From NCBI RefSeq assembly GCF_009914755.1, contig NC_060933.1: a stretch of DNA of 64,000 nucleotides; one strand, given 5' to 3'. Each line of letters starts with the position of its first letter. The stretch's first letter is position 1. The translations under genes and the position numbers were made by a program. The notes under the pieces were generated by a model. That model saw nothing but the letters and a program-made list of their open reading frames with translations, searched no databases and was not told the origin of the DNA. The stretch comes from the human T2T-CHM13v2.0 reference genome, Homo sapiens. Positions 18,798-34,312 of this stretch are shown here, in pieces.

Positions 18798-20691
18798 AAT
18801 AAATGGGCACTTCATCATGAAAAGTTTCGGAATCACTAGCTAGTGGAAGTAAAAGCAGTAACCCATCAAGGCCCTCAAAGTAGGCTAGTTTTAAGCTGAG
18901 TACCGCTGGTACAGAGCCCTTGCCCCGCTAAAGGTTGGTGTGAAATGAAGCCTTCCCTGAACACTGCACAGCAGCAAGGGAGGATGGGAGTCCACAGTGA
19001 TGTAACCACCACATGGCTCTGTATTTCAATAGAGGCTGAGGCTAGGGTGCACCTCCCTCTCTCCTCCATCTCTTGTCTGATGAGACCCACCTGGGACCAG
19101 GAGATTGAGTTCCTACTGGGGAATGAGCTTTCAAAACAGCTCCTCAATTAAGGCAGGTTTGTCTATAGTTAATCAGCTACTAAGAGAATGAAATTTCTCC
19201 GAATGTTTATATTTGAAATTTATGGTTCTTTTCAAAGAAGTTACTGTGGTCTTTTATTTGAAGGAAATACAGCAAATTTCCCCCAGATTTGAATATGGGA
19301 CAATAACTCCCTAAATGTGTTGAAACTCTTTCCCTAAGCTCTTGCTTTGATTGATAATCCATTAACATATTATCCCTTTTTGCACAAGAAAATGGCTAAA
19401 AGGGACAAGAATTACAACGTATGAAACGTCCACCCTTAGCAGGATGCCATTTATGTGTAGTTAGCTCATCACATCCCCCCAAATTCTGAGACTGTTTTAC
19501 AGAAGGTTACATGGCTACAAAATGACAGGAACCATGATTCAAATCCAGGCATATCTCACCCCAAACCTACACCTTTCCAGGCCAGCCTCCCAGCCTGCAC
19601 TGAGCTCAGGTGAGCTGTATTTGGGTTTATTCTGGGTCGATGCTGTGTCTGGCCCATGCCACGTCTGCTCTAAGGCTCAAATGAGACACTGATGTTGCTT
19701 ACAGCTCAGCTTAGCACAGGCTTTTCCATTTCCTGATTTCTCAGGTATCAAAACATGACAAGAAAGGCCATTTTTTTTTTGAGGTATTTCCTGCTGAGTG
19801 AAACCTAGGAAATACTGGAAATCTTAGGGACATCTGATCTTGTAGGGATTGTTCCCAACCCTTTCCTGTTTGAGAAAAAAAAAATCATTCTGGTGGGTCC
19901 GGTGACAGAGGGCTGGGAGGCGCCCTGCAACAATGAAGCACAGCAGGCCTCTGTCCTCATGGCCTGATTCATTCAATTTAGCATCCTGATGTGGAAGAGT
20001 GGGCTTATAACTGATCATGAAAAGCCTGAAGTCTGCTGCTAAGTGACAGATCTGCTGGCCTACACATCACCCAGGGGCACTACCAAATCGCCTAACACAA
20101 TGACCAGTGTTTGTGAGTAGAATGTGGATGAATGTGGTGCAACAGACAGAACCTTCCTGGTGAGGGCTAAGGCTTGCATGACATGGTGTGACATGGCCGT
20201 AGGATGGAGCCATTTTGCAAAAATAATTCTGACCTGCCCGATGCTAAACGAACACTGAAGAAGCAATTGTGTTCCTGTCTCCAAGATCCTTTCAATATTG
20301 TACAAGAGACAAGAACCAAAACCAATGAACAGTACAAGTACTGCCTGTACAAATAGAAATGAGTCACAGAACACTGGCTGATGAGGTTGGGCTACGGATA
20401 GAGTACCATCCTTTCTGCCTCCTAAGCCTTTCTCTCACGGGTCCCTGCTCAGGTCCTATTATAGCGGGCTTTGCAGTAGCTTCTTCCTGTCCTCATCAGC
20501 CAGCCTAGTCCAGGCCATGGAAACACTTCCAAATGCAATTTTCTAATGAGTGCCCCTAAACACTTTCAGTGGCCCCAAGGCCTACAGAACTTGCAGAAAG
20601 CCCAAACGCCCCAGGCATCTACCTTGCCCTCCAGCCTTACTGCTCCTCTCCGGGCCTCATTCTCCGGAGTGCTTAGCTTCACTCTGTGTTT

Positions 20692-20926
20692 TTATTATTA
20701 CTTTTTATTATACTTTAAGTTCTAGGGTACATGTGCACAACGTGCAGGTTTGTTACTTATGTATACATGTGCCGTGTTGGTGTGCTGCACCCATTAACTC
20801 GTCATTTACATTAGGTATATCTCCTAATGCTATCCCTCCCCCACGACAGGCCCTGGTGTGTGATGTTCCCTGCCCTGTGTCCAAGTGTTCTCATTGTTCA
20901 ATTCCCACCTATGAGTGAGAACATGC
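20692..20926 (-). mobile_element. Short 5'-truncated L1PA 3' end
   Basis: tatactttaagttctagggtacatgtgcac...gtgagaacatgc; TSD ctctgtgttttt. Confidence 0.9.
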
Positions 20927-21694
20927 CCTCTGTGTTTTTTCAACCCTCTTTAGTACTGTTCACTGTCTTCCCTCTTCCCCAAATCTCTTTCAACTAGGCG
21001 CAGGGGTCATAACCTGTAGGCTACCTTTTTAGAAGCGCACTCCGTTGGTTCTATCAGGACACGCAGTATGGCCTAACAGCTAGGAGCACAGCATCTGGAG
21101 CCATAGACACAGGGTACGATTCTGACTTGGCCACCTTAGCTATTTTATTTAAGCTGTGTTTTGGTTTATCTATGAAAAAGACAGTAGTCAGACCTGCATT
21201 CTCGATTGCTGAGATGATGTTTATTAGAACACTTCCTGGCATGCAGTGAGCATGCCATCACCACCAGCTGCTCACAACACTTACCATGGTGATCGATGCT
21301 CTTCGCTGGTGTCTCATTTGCCGACTTGAAGCTCTCTGAGGTTGGGACTGTCTTTGATGACCTGTGAAAGCTCAGGGCTAGTGGAGAGTCAGTGCTCACT
21401 ACTGTGCCTGAGTGAACAGCTGAGAACCTTCTTGGAGGAGGTTCACATAAAAGCTCAGATGACAGAGGGAAAAGCACTCCAGGTAGTGATAATGCTCTCG
21501 TCCTAAGGACATGAGGAACCTGCTTGGGGGATGGATGACCCTCATGGGGAACAAGGAGGAAAAAGAGGCTAGCAAAGCCAGGGAGATGAGAGACACCTGA
21601 GATGGTCTCTCCAGGGCTGTGTGGAGAATCAGCAGCTAGGACTCTGGACGAAACAGTGTCAGGTAGGGAGGACGCCTGGTGACAGGCAGCCTAG

Positions 21695-23268
21695 GCAAAA
21701 AAGACAGTCATTTTTTTATTGGCTTTAGCAGCTGCTGTCCCAAACCCTCTCCCCTCAATAATAAAAGGCAATTTTATGATCACAAAGAGGCCACATTTTT
21801 TTTAATTGACAACTCAATCTCTACATACATACAGTATTGCACGAATTATAAGTGGATCAACAATTATATTATTGATACAAACTCATGAGCATTTACATAA
21901 AACTACCGCTCTAGGTTTTGGTGTGTTTTGTGTCAGCTACTTTAGTGAATAAACGAAACATAAAGGAACTCAGCTACTTGAATTCATGAGAATCAGCTTT
22001 CAAAAAAAGCATATATATCATCTCATAGAATACTTATGTCAAACCCAGGAAAATCAGTAACTAAGTGACAAAAGGAACACTTTTAAAGAAAAGTTGGTGA
22101 TAAATATGTTAGGCTAAAATACTAAGAACTTTAGCAACTGGACCGAGGAACCAGAAAATGTATGCACACTGGGAATTTTAACAAAAGATTACACATTCTC
22201 CTGTACAGTGAGGACCACATTCCAAAAGCATAATTCTGGGTTGCTACAATGTCATCTCTGCTACAAACCATTGTTTCAAAGGTGAAAGAAACAAGATGGT
22301 AATTGACATAAAAAGGTTTTAAAATTCTTCCCACTCAAAATAAAATAAAAATAATATAATCTCTATCAAATTATAAAGAAATTCTATCAAAATGTTGACC
22401 ACATAAAGAAGTCAGACCATTTGCCTTCGCTGACTGCCTCAGAGGGCAGAGCATGTGTCACCTACAAGGGGAGAGGGGGGTAGAGTCCCTACTCTCCCCC
22501 GGCCTGTGGTGTCAGGGTGGACAGGAGCCCTTTGGCTTCCCTGGGGTTTTGCTTCCTCACATAGGGAATTGATGGAGGTGGGCTAGATGGCTTTAAGAGA
22601 CTTCTCAACTAAAAGAATCAAAGTCAGCTTGAGAGCCCATCTCTGAACAGACATATAGGGTGGCAAAAGAAATGGATTAAAAAAAGGCGGATGACGTCTT
22701 TCTCACCTTTTGATACCATCACTCAGAACTAATCTGTACTATAGTTGAAGAAAATCTTTGCCTGGTACTATTAAAGAGTATGCAGTGAGGCAGCTGACAA
22801 TGAAATTTTTCATAAAAATGTATAAAAAGGCTATGTTAAGTTTGGGTGGAAAAAACAATGCACCACCATATTACTACCAGCAGTCACGATGTCCTGTCTC
22901 AGATTTTAGGAGTCACTGATCTGGTTGGGAGAAATGCTGAGGGATGATCAAGCCATCAATAGCGATCTAAGGAGTGCACACAGTTCAGGAAATGGATAAA
23001 CAGGTGCCCAGGAAGGCAACTTTAATGAAACTGGTTCTAAAACAAAGGATACAAGAGACCTAAATGATCCAAAAAGAGTGATGGCTTCTCATTTTCTGTC
23101 CCCTATAGAGAATATAAATATCATTTCTTCTGGAATCCAACACACTGGATTCATTTTCAAGATGTATCACTTTATTTTCCAGCACGTGACAGTCACATGA
23201 TTTCTGCAGTGAGCCCCAAAGCTTCCACGAGCTTTCCTGGAACCTACGGCCAGAAGAGTCCTGAGATT
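21695..23268 (-). other. ISCA1: ISCA1 3' UTR (distal end approximate)
   Basis: Repeat-free AT-rich stretch after the stop; minus-strand AATAAA at 21715-21720 and ATTAAA at 21801-21806. Confidence 0.75.
21715..21720 (-). terminator. ISCA1: Candidate distal ISCA1 polyadenylation signal AATAAA
   Basis: tttatt on + strand about 1.55 kb after the stop. Confidence 0.65.
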
Positions 23269-23417
23269 TCAAATATTAAAGCTTTCTCCACAGCCACAAG
23301 TCCCTTTGATGTTTGGGTTATTGAACACAAACTCACTGGATAATTTGTCTTCAACATAGTCCATTTCTGTTCCTAAAAGTGTTAGCTGTGCTTTCTTTTC
23401 GATGAATACTCTGACTC
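23269..23417 (-). CDS. ISCA1: ISCA1 coding exon 4 (iron-sulfur cluster assembly 1, HesB/IscA C-terminal CGC motif)
   Basis: (G)VRVFIEKKAQLTLLGTEMDYVEDKLSSEFVFNNPNIKGTCGCGESFNI-TGA; exons sum to 81+54+106+149=390 nt = 129 aa + stop; Cys121/Cys123. Confidence 0.98.
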
Positions 23418-23958
23418 CTTGGAGAAAAGAAAACATGTGTCATGGAAAGCCTGCAGCCTTATGGAACTTGCTGATTCAAAGCACAAGTGAACTTGAAATA
23501 GTGACTATCAATGAAAGTCAAACAAGAAGCCTTGAACATTTTAAATTATTTCCTTAAGGAATTAAGCATTCAGTTTCCTGTCTGCCCCTTCTTTCCCACA
23601 CATGAATTTATGTCACAATCACATTAGGGGAGAATTTTATACAAGTAAATTCCATGACAATTTTATGCAAAATTAGAATTTACCTTTCACTATACTTCAC
23701 TCATTTTTCCAGTTTGCAACGTGAAGAAAATGTATATTCTCGATGAGTTTTATGAAATAAAAAAAAATTTATGAAAATTCTGCAATACACTAGATACACG
23801 GATTCAAGCTTAAAGATGTATAAAGGACTGTGATACAATGGGGCTATTTTAATAACATCAATCAGTACAACAATAGTCTTTTCTGGTTACAGGACGGAAA
23901 ACAGGTACTATTCCCTAGTAATTACACAGGTAGAGGTCAGCATCTTTGTAAATACAAT

Positions 23959-24515
<557 letters not shown>

Positions 24516-24818
24516 CTAAATATAAACAATATATAATTAAGTCACCTCTTCTTTAAGATGAAAATCTTAAGGTTTATAATGTGTTATAATTTTTAAAATA
24601 ATACATTTTTAAAAGGTCTTTATTGATAGTTATAACTTTAGTTTAATAAGAAAGCACACTTAGGAATCTAGGCCTCATTCTCCCATGTAGGTAAGAACTG
24701 CAAGCTAAGTGCATACTTCCAATGACAAGATAAATTATTTATTTTAGATAGGTTTTAACAGATTATAGGGTGGAAGAAGGGGGCAGCAGCAAATATAATT
24801 AATTTTAATTATAAATTA

Positions 24819-25112
<294 letters not shown>

Positions 25113-25924
25113 CTAGCAATGCTGTAGCCACCATAATATCACAAGACAACCCATTACTCAGGTGTTTGTGGTGATGCTGGTGTAAACAAACCTATACTGC
25201 CAGTCATATAAAAGTCTAAGCATGTTCAATTATGTACACTACATAATACTTGATAATGATAATAAATGGTTATGTTACTGCTTTATGTATTTACTATACT
25301 TTTTATTGTTTAAAATTTTAGAGTGTACTTCTACTTATAAAAAAAAAAGTTAACCGTGAAACAGCCTGAGGCAGGTTCTTCAGGAGGTATCCAGAAGAAG
25401 GCATCATTATCACAGAAGATGACAACTCCATGAGTGTTACTGCCCCTGACGGCCTTCCAATGGGATGAGGGGAGGTGGTGGAAGACAGGGATATTGATGA
25501 ACCTGACCCTGTGGAGGCCTAAGTTAATACGTGTGTTTTTGTCTTAGTTTTTAATTAAAATGTTTATAAAGAAAAAATTAAAAATAGAGAAAAGCTTATA
25601 GAATAAGAACGTAAAAAATTTTTGTTATTTGTACAATGTGTTTCAAAGCTAATGTTATCACAAAAGAGTCAAAAAAAAAAAAAAAAACCCCAAAGCTTAC
25701 AAAGTAAAAAAGTTTCAGTAAACTAAGGTTAATTTATTATTGAAGACTAAGTGTACAAGGTTTATAAGGTCTATAGTACTACGGAGGAACGTCCTAGGCT
25801 TTCACATTCACTTATCACTCCCTACTCACTCACTGACTCACGCGGACAACTTCCAGTCCTGCAAGTTCCATGCATGGTAACTGCCACAAACAGGTGTACC
25901 ATGTTTTATTTTCTTCTTCTTCTT

Positions 25925-26416
25925 CCTTTTTTTTTCTTTTTTTTAAGAGATGGAGGTCTCGCTATGTTGCCCAGGCTTAAGGGCAGTGGCTATTCACAGG
26001 TAAGAACACAGTGCACTATGATGTCTTTTTTTCTTTTTTGAGACAGAGTCTCACTTTTTCACCCAGGTTGGAGTGCAATGGCATGGTCTCGGCTCACTGC
26101 AACCTCCGCCTCCTGGGGTTCAAGCGATTCTCCTGCCTCAGCCTCCCAGTAGCTGGGACTACAGGCGTGTGCCACCACACCCAGTTAATTTTTTGTATTT
26201 TTAGTAGAGATGGGGTTTCACCATGTTGGCCAGGCTGGTCGTGAACTCCTGACCTCATGATCCACCCACCTCGGCCTCCCAAAGTGCTGGGATTACACAG
26301 GTGAGCCACCACGCCTGGCCAGTGCACTACATTCTTGAACTCCTACACTCAAGGAATCCTCCTGCCTCAGTCTCCTGAGTAGCTGGGACAACAGGCTTGT
26401 GTTAACACACCCGACC
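25925..26416 (-). mobile_element. FAM monomer interrupted by a full Alu (about 26025-26320)
   Basis: gcagtggctattcacagg FAM signature; Alu flanked by duplicated agtgcacta. Confidence 0.8.
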
Positions 26417-26439
26417 ACATTTGATCTTTTACAAAATTT

Positions 26440-28340
<1,901 letters not shown>

Positions 28341-28654
28341 AATTTCACTATACTTTTTCTTTGTTTAGGTACGTTTACACAAATACTTACCATTGTGTCA
28401 GAACTGTGCACAGTATTCAGCACAGTCACGTGCAGTACAGGTTTGTAGCCTAGGAGCAACAGGTTATATTATCTAGCTGAGGCATATGGTAGGCTCTACC
28501 ATCTAGGTTTGTGTAAGTACACCCCAGGATATTTGTCCAATGTCACATTTCTCAGACCATCTAGGTTTGTCTAAGTACACCCCAGGATATTTGTCTAACG
28601 TCACATTTCTCAGAATGTATCTCCAATGTTAAGTGATGTATGACTGTATCTGCA

Positions 28655-28797
28655 TTATACTTACTGCTTGAGCATCCCAAATCCAAAAAGCTCCAATGAG
28701 CATTTCCTCTGAGTGTCATGTCAGCACCCACTTTTAAAGTTTTGAATTTGGGAGCATTTCAGATTTCAGATTTTTGGATTGGAATGCTCAACTCGTA
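28655..28797. mobile_element. MER46/Tigger4-type MITE
   Basis: ttgagcatcccaaatccaaaaa ... tttttggattggaatgctcaa inverted termini. Confidence 0.65.
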
Positions 28798-29233
28798 CTT
28801 ATTTGACACAGATATAAAACTACTGCTTACACAAAAACTGTTGGTTCACTGTGAGGTTTAAGGCTGGTTCACTTTTTGGACACAATGATGATCTTTCATA
28901 GTTAAAACAAGCTTATATAATAATTTATCAATTAGTTACTAAGAGCAGTCTCTGGAAAGAATTTTACTAGGCCACTTATTATGACCTTAAACTATTTAAC
29001 CCCTCTGTGCCTCAGTTTCTTCATCAGAAAAACAGGGATAATATGGTACCACCCACATTCAGCATTGTGTATAAATCAGTTAATACATGAAATTCCATCA
29101 AACAACACCTACACACACAGTGAGCATTATTTACATAATTCTTGCTACTATCCTTATTTTTTACTTTGTGCTGTGCAAGGCTAATAATTTTAGGCAAAAC
29201 AATGTGCCCAAAAAATGTTTGTTAAAAACTCAC

Positions 29234-29339
29234 CATCTTGAATAACTTCTTCATCAGAATCTCCTTTTGTCTTTGTATATTCTAGAGTATAAGAAAGGCC
29301 ATTACAGCCCCTGGTTCGGACACCAACTTTTACACCTAC
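29234..29339 (-). CDS. ISCA1: ISCA1 coding exon 3
   Basis: 106 nt VGVKVGVRTRGCNGLSYTLEYTKTKGDSDEEVIQD(G); contains A-type carrier Cys57; cag/GTGAGT boundaries. Confidence 0.98.
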
Positions 29340-29890
29340 CTGAAAAAGAAGTGAAAATATAAACTTGGTTTTAAAGTAGTACAGATTAAACAATTATACT
29401 AATAAAGTGACAGTAGCCTCCTCGTACCAAAATGGACTTTCTCTTATTTTTTGTAGGACAGGGTCTCACTATGTAGCCCAGACTGGTCTCAAACTCGTGG
29501 ACTCAAATAACGCTTCCACCTCGGCCTCTCAAAGCATTGGGATTACAAGGCAGGAGCCACCCCGTCCAGCCTGGGACTTTATTTAAAATGTCTTTGCTCT
29601 ACCTTGTTCTGTGAGATATCCTCTGAATGTTTCCTTATGGTTAGGATTCACCAGGGTTCATAGTCCACCATCTGGCAATCCTACCTCTACATGGGATCTG
29701 AATTATAGTGCAGACTTGTGTACAGTCTCAAATACCAGAAAGCAAAAGACTGCAGTCAATACAGACAAAAGAAGTTTAAAAAAGTGACCAAACAGCACTT
29801 TAAAAGTATCAATGTTTACATTAATGCAATTTTCAAACAGTATCTACCTAAGTTCTCTGTCTTAGAGCTGAGCTGATTTTTCATTTAAAT

Positions 29891-30222
29891 ACAGTCATCC
29901 CTTAGTATGCATGGGAAATTGGTTCCAGGACTAACTGAGTATACAAAAATCTGCAGATACTCAAGTCCCTTATGCAAATGGCACTGCATTTGTATATAAC
30001 CTATATACATCTTCCCCTGTACTTTAAATAACTTCTGGAGGACTTGAATACCTGTAACAATGTAATGCTACATAAACAGTTGTTATACTGTATTGTTTAG
30101 AGAATGAAAGTCTGTACATGTTTAATACAGATGCAACCTTCTATTTTTTTCCCAAATATTTCTGACCTATGGTTGATTGAATCCACGTATGCGGAACCCA
30201 CAGATACGGAGAGGTGACTGTA
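29891..30222 (+). mobile_element. MER2-type Tigger DNA transposon
   Basis: cagtcatcccttagtat...gaacccacagatacggagaggtgactg with TA flanks. Confidence 0.75.
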
Positions 30223-30880
30223 TACAGCAAAAGTATCATAAGTACTATTTCACCAGCAGTTCCTGATTCTACAAAGCCGAATTCTTGTTTCATTAGGCCA
30301 ATTTGTAGTCTACTCATCGGTCTATCCAAATTGAATCAGAACACTGATATCCTTTGAAATTTAATAATTTTAAAAGGTAGGTTTGAGAACTTCCATTACA
30401 TTGTAATGTAGTAGGTTAACAACAGAAACCAGAAATCACCCCACCGTCTAATTATTAAATATTGCAATCCATTACTTGAAATGATTTACAGCATTCCATC
30501 GGCAACTAACAATGTACAATTAAGATGATACACACATCCCTAACTCAACAATTCTGTATCTAGGAATGGATCCTATGTAGGTGGACTAAGCCATGCTTAC
30601 AGTTCTAGAACAATGAGCCTGGCACACTGCAGACACTAAATAGTTGCTGAATGGTGTTTGCGGCAGCACTGAATGAAAACGACCCTTTAATATGGGGACT
30701 GGTTAAAGAACTCAAACTTGTTCAATGGAATATACTCTACATGCAGCCAAGAAAGGGAGGCAGATCATTACATAATGACATGGAAAGATCTTCAAGCCAT
30801 TATTAAGGGTAAAAAGCAAAGTGTAACAAAAAAATTTATGGTAGGAAGAGATATACACAGGAATAACAAGCCCAGTCTAG

Positions 30881-31145
30881 GCCAGTGGTTGCCCTCAGGG
30901 AGACATTTTTGGTTGTGACAACCAAAGCTTTGTGGAATCAGGAACTGCTGGTGAAATAGTACTCACCATACTTTTACTCTATACAGTCACCTCTCCGTAT
31001 CGGTGGGTTCCACATATGTGGATTCTTTGGTTGAGGCAAAGAGGGGGTACTACTGGTATCTAATGGACAGAGGCCACAGATGCTGTCAAACATTCTACAA
31101 TCTGCCCTAAAGTGTCAACTGTGAGGAGGCTGAGAAAATCAGGTC
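30881..31145 (+). mobile_element. MER20-type hAT element carrying a 99-bp foreign insert
   Basis: cagtggtt...ggagacatttttggttgtgacaac ... ctactggtatctaatggacagaggcca...gatgctg...ggctgagaaa. Confidence 0.65.
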
Positions 31146-31415
31146 TAGCCGCTTCAAATGTATACATTATCCCTGGAAGGATACCAAAGAGATTGCTTCT
31201 TGGAAGGAAGAATGACGACGAAGAGTCAGGTTGAAAGAATGACTTCCTTTTAGTTAAATACCCTTTTGTATTATTTGAATTTTTTAAAAATCCTGAGTAT
31301 ATTTTACATTTTAAATAAAAACCCCTAAATGAAATAATACTGTATATCATGGGATAAATTCATTCTGAAAATGCAGCTTCAGTTTTTTACTGAATAATTA
31401 ACTGGTTTTACTTAC

Positions 31416-31469
31416 ATGCTCAGGCTTATCTTTAAGAAGTTGTTTTATCTTGTTTACTGCTGAAGGTGT
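31416..31469 (-). CDS. ISCA1: ISCA1 coding exon 2
   Basis: ttttttcag acceptor, 54 nt TPSAVNKIKQLLKDKPEH, GTAAGT donor. Confidence 0.98.
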
Positions 31470-33156
31470 CTGAAAAAAGAAAATGATGTTTTTAGCTACA
31501 AAACTTGTTATTCAAAGCCTCATATTTATCAGTCTTCGTAAGTCTGTCTTTAGCAAATTCATGTGACAAATTTATGTTCCATTCTTGCCAGGGTACCTTA
31601 TGGACTTTATATAGAAACACATAAACTATACCTAATTCAAAATATCCTCTTTATTTAAAAAAAAAATCTGCTAGCAACATCCTTTTAATCTTGCTCCTCA
31701 GTCCAGGTTGGTTCCCTGTCCTTCTCTCTATGGTGCTATTCACTCACATTACAAATGCTATTTTTCTGGGCAGCATCTATTTTGTGCACCAACTCTATGC
31801 CCAGGAACCAGCATGTTGCCTACGACAAAGAGCCAATGAAGGAATCAAGTATCTCACTGGGAAGGCCAACCTTCAGGTGTTTTTCCTGTTGATTATTAAT
31901 CCTACTGCTTTTTTTTTTCTTACTCACAATCCATTTCTAATCCATCAAAATGCATAGCTTGAGGAAACAGTGTTACCAGCATAAAATAACCCAGGGTGTG
32001 CTTCTTGCACCAGTCCCACCAAATGCTCACATAGATTTTTTTCAACGTGGATTAAACCAACATCTCAGGAGATCTAGATGAACAAAACTAAGCTAGTCAA
32101 TGACAGAAATAAGAACAAGGAGGAGCTGTTTCCCAGAGAAATGCTGTTTTAACATAGCTCAGCGGGCCTCAAAATGAGAAAAACATCACAGTTTGTGTGA
32201 AATAGGTCGGTGTTGCCAACCCCACTTCTTTGGGAAGGAGACTGTTCCCCGACATTCCTGGCCCACTTCCTAGCTGTGCCTCCAGGGCAGTCACCCTAAG
32301 TGGCTTCTCTGACTTCTATTCCCTTACTGGTGAAACAGGGATAATAGTTCCTCCTCCTCCTGATTCTTGTGAGGATTAAATATTTAAACTCATGGAAAGC
32401 ATTCAGGACAGTGCCAGGCACAAAAAAGCCAAGTATTATTATGATTATGAGAGTACATCATAATGAAGACATTATGTGCGTCCTTCCTACTTTATCAGCT
32501 CCTCTAGCTGGCAGTGCTCTGCAGGCCCTCCAGTCCCTTGTACTGACATTTTACTGTACAGTAAAGTCTTTGAGACTGCTTGTGAAGTCTCAAAGTCTGG
32601 ATATTACGACCTAAGACTTGGTAGTAAACTGAGGCCAGGACTGACACCTGGAAGAGCCAGCCCAATGGATGGCCCTAGAGTGTGCTCTCCTGCCCTGTCG
32701 GGGTTGGGGCTCAGCTAGATGAGCATGCTTAAACACAGTACAGACCCAGTTTAGAAGGGCATGAAAGCAATTTGGAATGTGAAGACCAACATGTCTTAAA
32801 CATTTTAAATAGAAAACAATGCACTGCACTTAAAAACGTGAATGTTGTTTAGTAAAACTTTTAATTCAGTTATTAATATATAGTATCTGTGTATATACAT
32901 TTCTTATTACATGTCACTGTAAAAAAACAAACCACTACCAGTAGGTGGGCCTCTAAAGGCCCATGGTTTCCCATGGTTCTGTCAGAAAAGGAGGCATGCA
33001 GTCCTCCAACGCAGGAAGTAGCACACAGGGTGGAAGGAGAAAACAGGGAAGAGCAGGATTATCGTTTTGTTTTTGTTTTTTGAGTCACAGAATACCAACT
33101 TTAAATAGTTACAGAAATAGTTATTATTTTTTAAAGTGCTCATTACCCTTCTAAAG

Positions 33157-33638
33157 CAGTGGTCCCAAATGTTTTTGGCATCAAGGACTGGTTTCGTGGA
33201 AGACAATTTTTCCACGGATAAGGGGAATGGTTTCTGAATGATTCAAATGCATTACATTTATTGTGCACTTTATTTCTATTATTACATTGTAATATATAAT
33301 GAAATAATTATATAACTCATCAAAATATACAATCAGTGGGAGCCCTGAGCTTGTTTTTCTGCAACTAGATGGCCCCATCTAGGGGTGATGAGAGACAGTG
33401 ACAGATCATCAGGCATCATTCTCATAAGGAGTGCACAAACTAGCCCCTCACACCTGCAGTTCAGACTAGGGTTTGTGCTCCTATGAGAATCTAATGCCCC
33501 TGATGATCTGACAGGAGGTGGAGCTCGCTTAGGTGGTAATGCTTGGCTTGCCTGCTGCTCTCACCTCCTGCTGTGAGGCCCTGTTCCTAACAGGCCATGG
33601 ACCAGTACCAGTCTGTAGCGCAGGGACTGGGGACCCCT
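33157..33638 (+). mobile_element. MER1A-type hAT-Charlie element
   Basis: cagtggtccc...ggtttcgtggaagacaatttttccacgga...ggggacccctg; flanks ttctaaag/ttctaagt resemble an 8-bp TSD. Confidence 0.8.
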
Positions 33639-33786
33639 GTTCTAAGTGATTGTCAATAAAAGCTAGCTTTCTTATCAACCACATGTAAATTTTCACCATA
33701 TTTTCCTATGTGCATGCTGAAGAAATTAATCACTTACTGTCAAATAAAAATAGCTTTCTGTAAGTTTATTTTAAAAAGGCATAGCC

Positions 33787-34312
<526 letters not shown>

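Noticed and set aside
21695-23268. Iron-responsive element in the ISCA1 3' UTR
   Set aside because: I checked three minus-strand CAGUG loops (near 22166, 22913, 23143); none has the 5-bp upper stem plus bulged C of a canonical IRE
23415-23420. NAGNAG (AAG GAG) tandem acceptor at ISCA1 exon 4
   Set aside because: GAG is a very poor acceptor and the effect would be one codon
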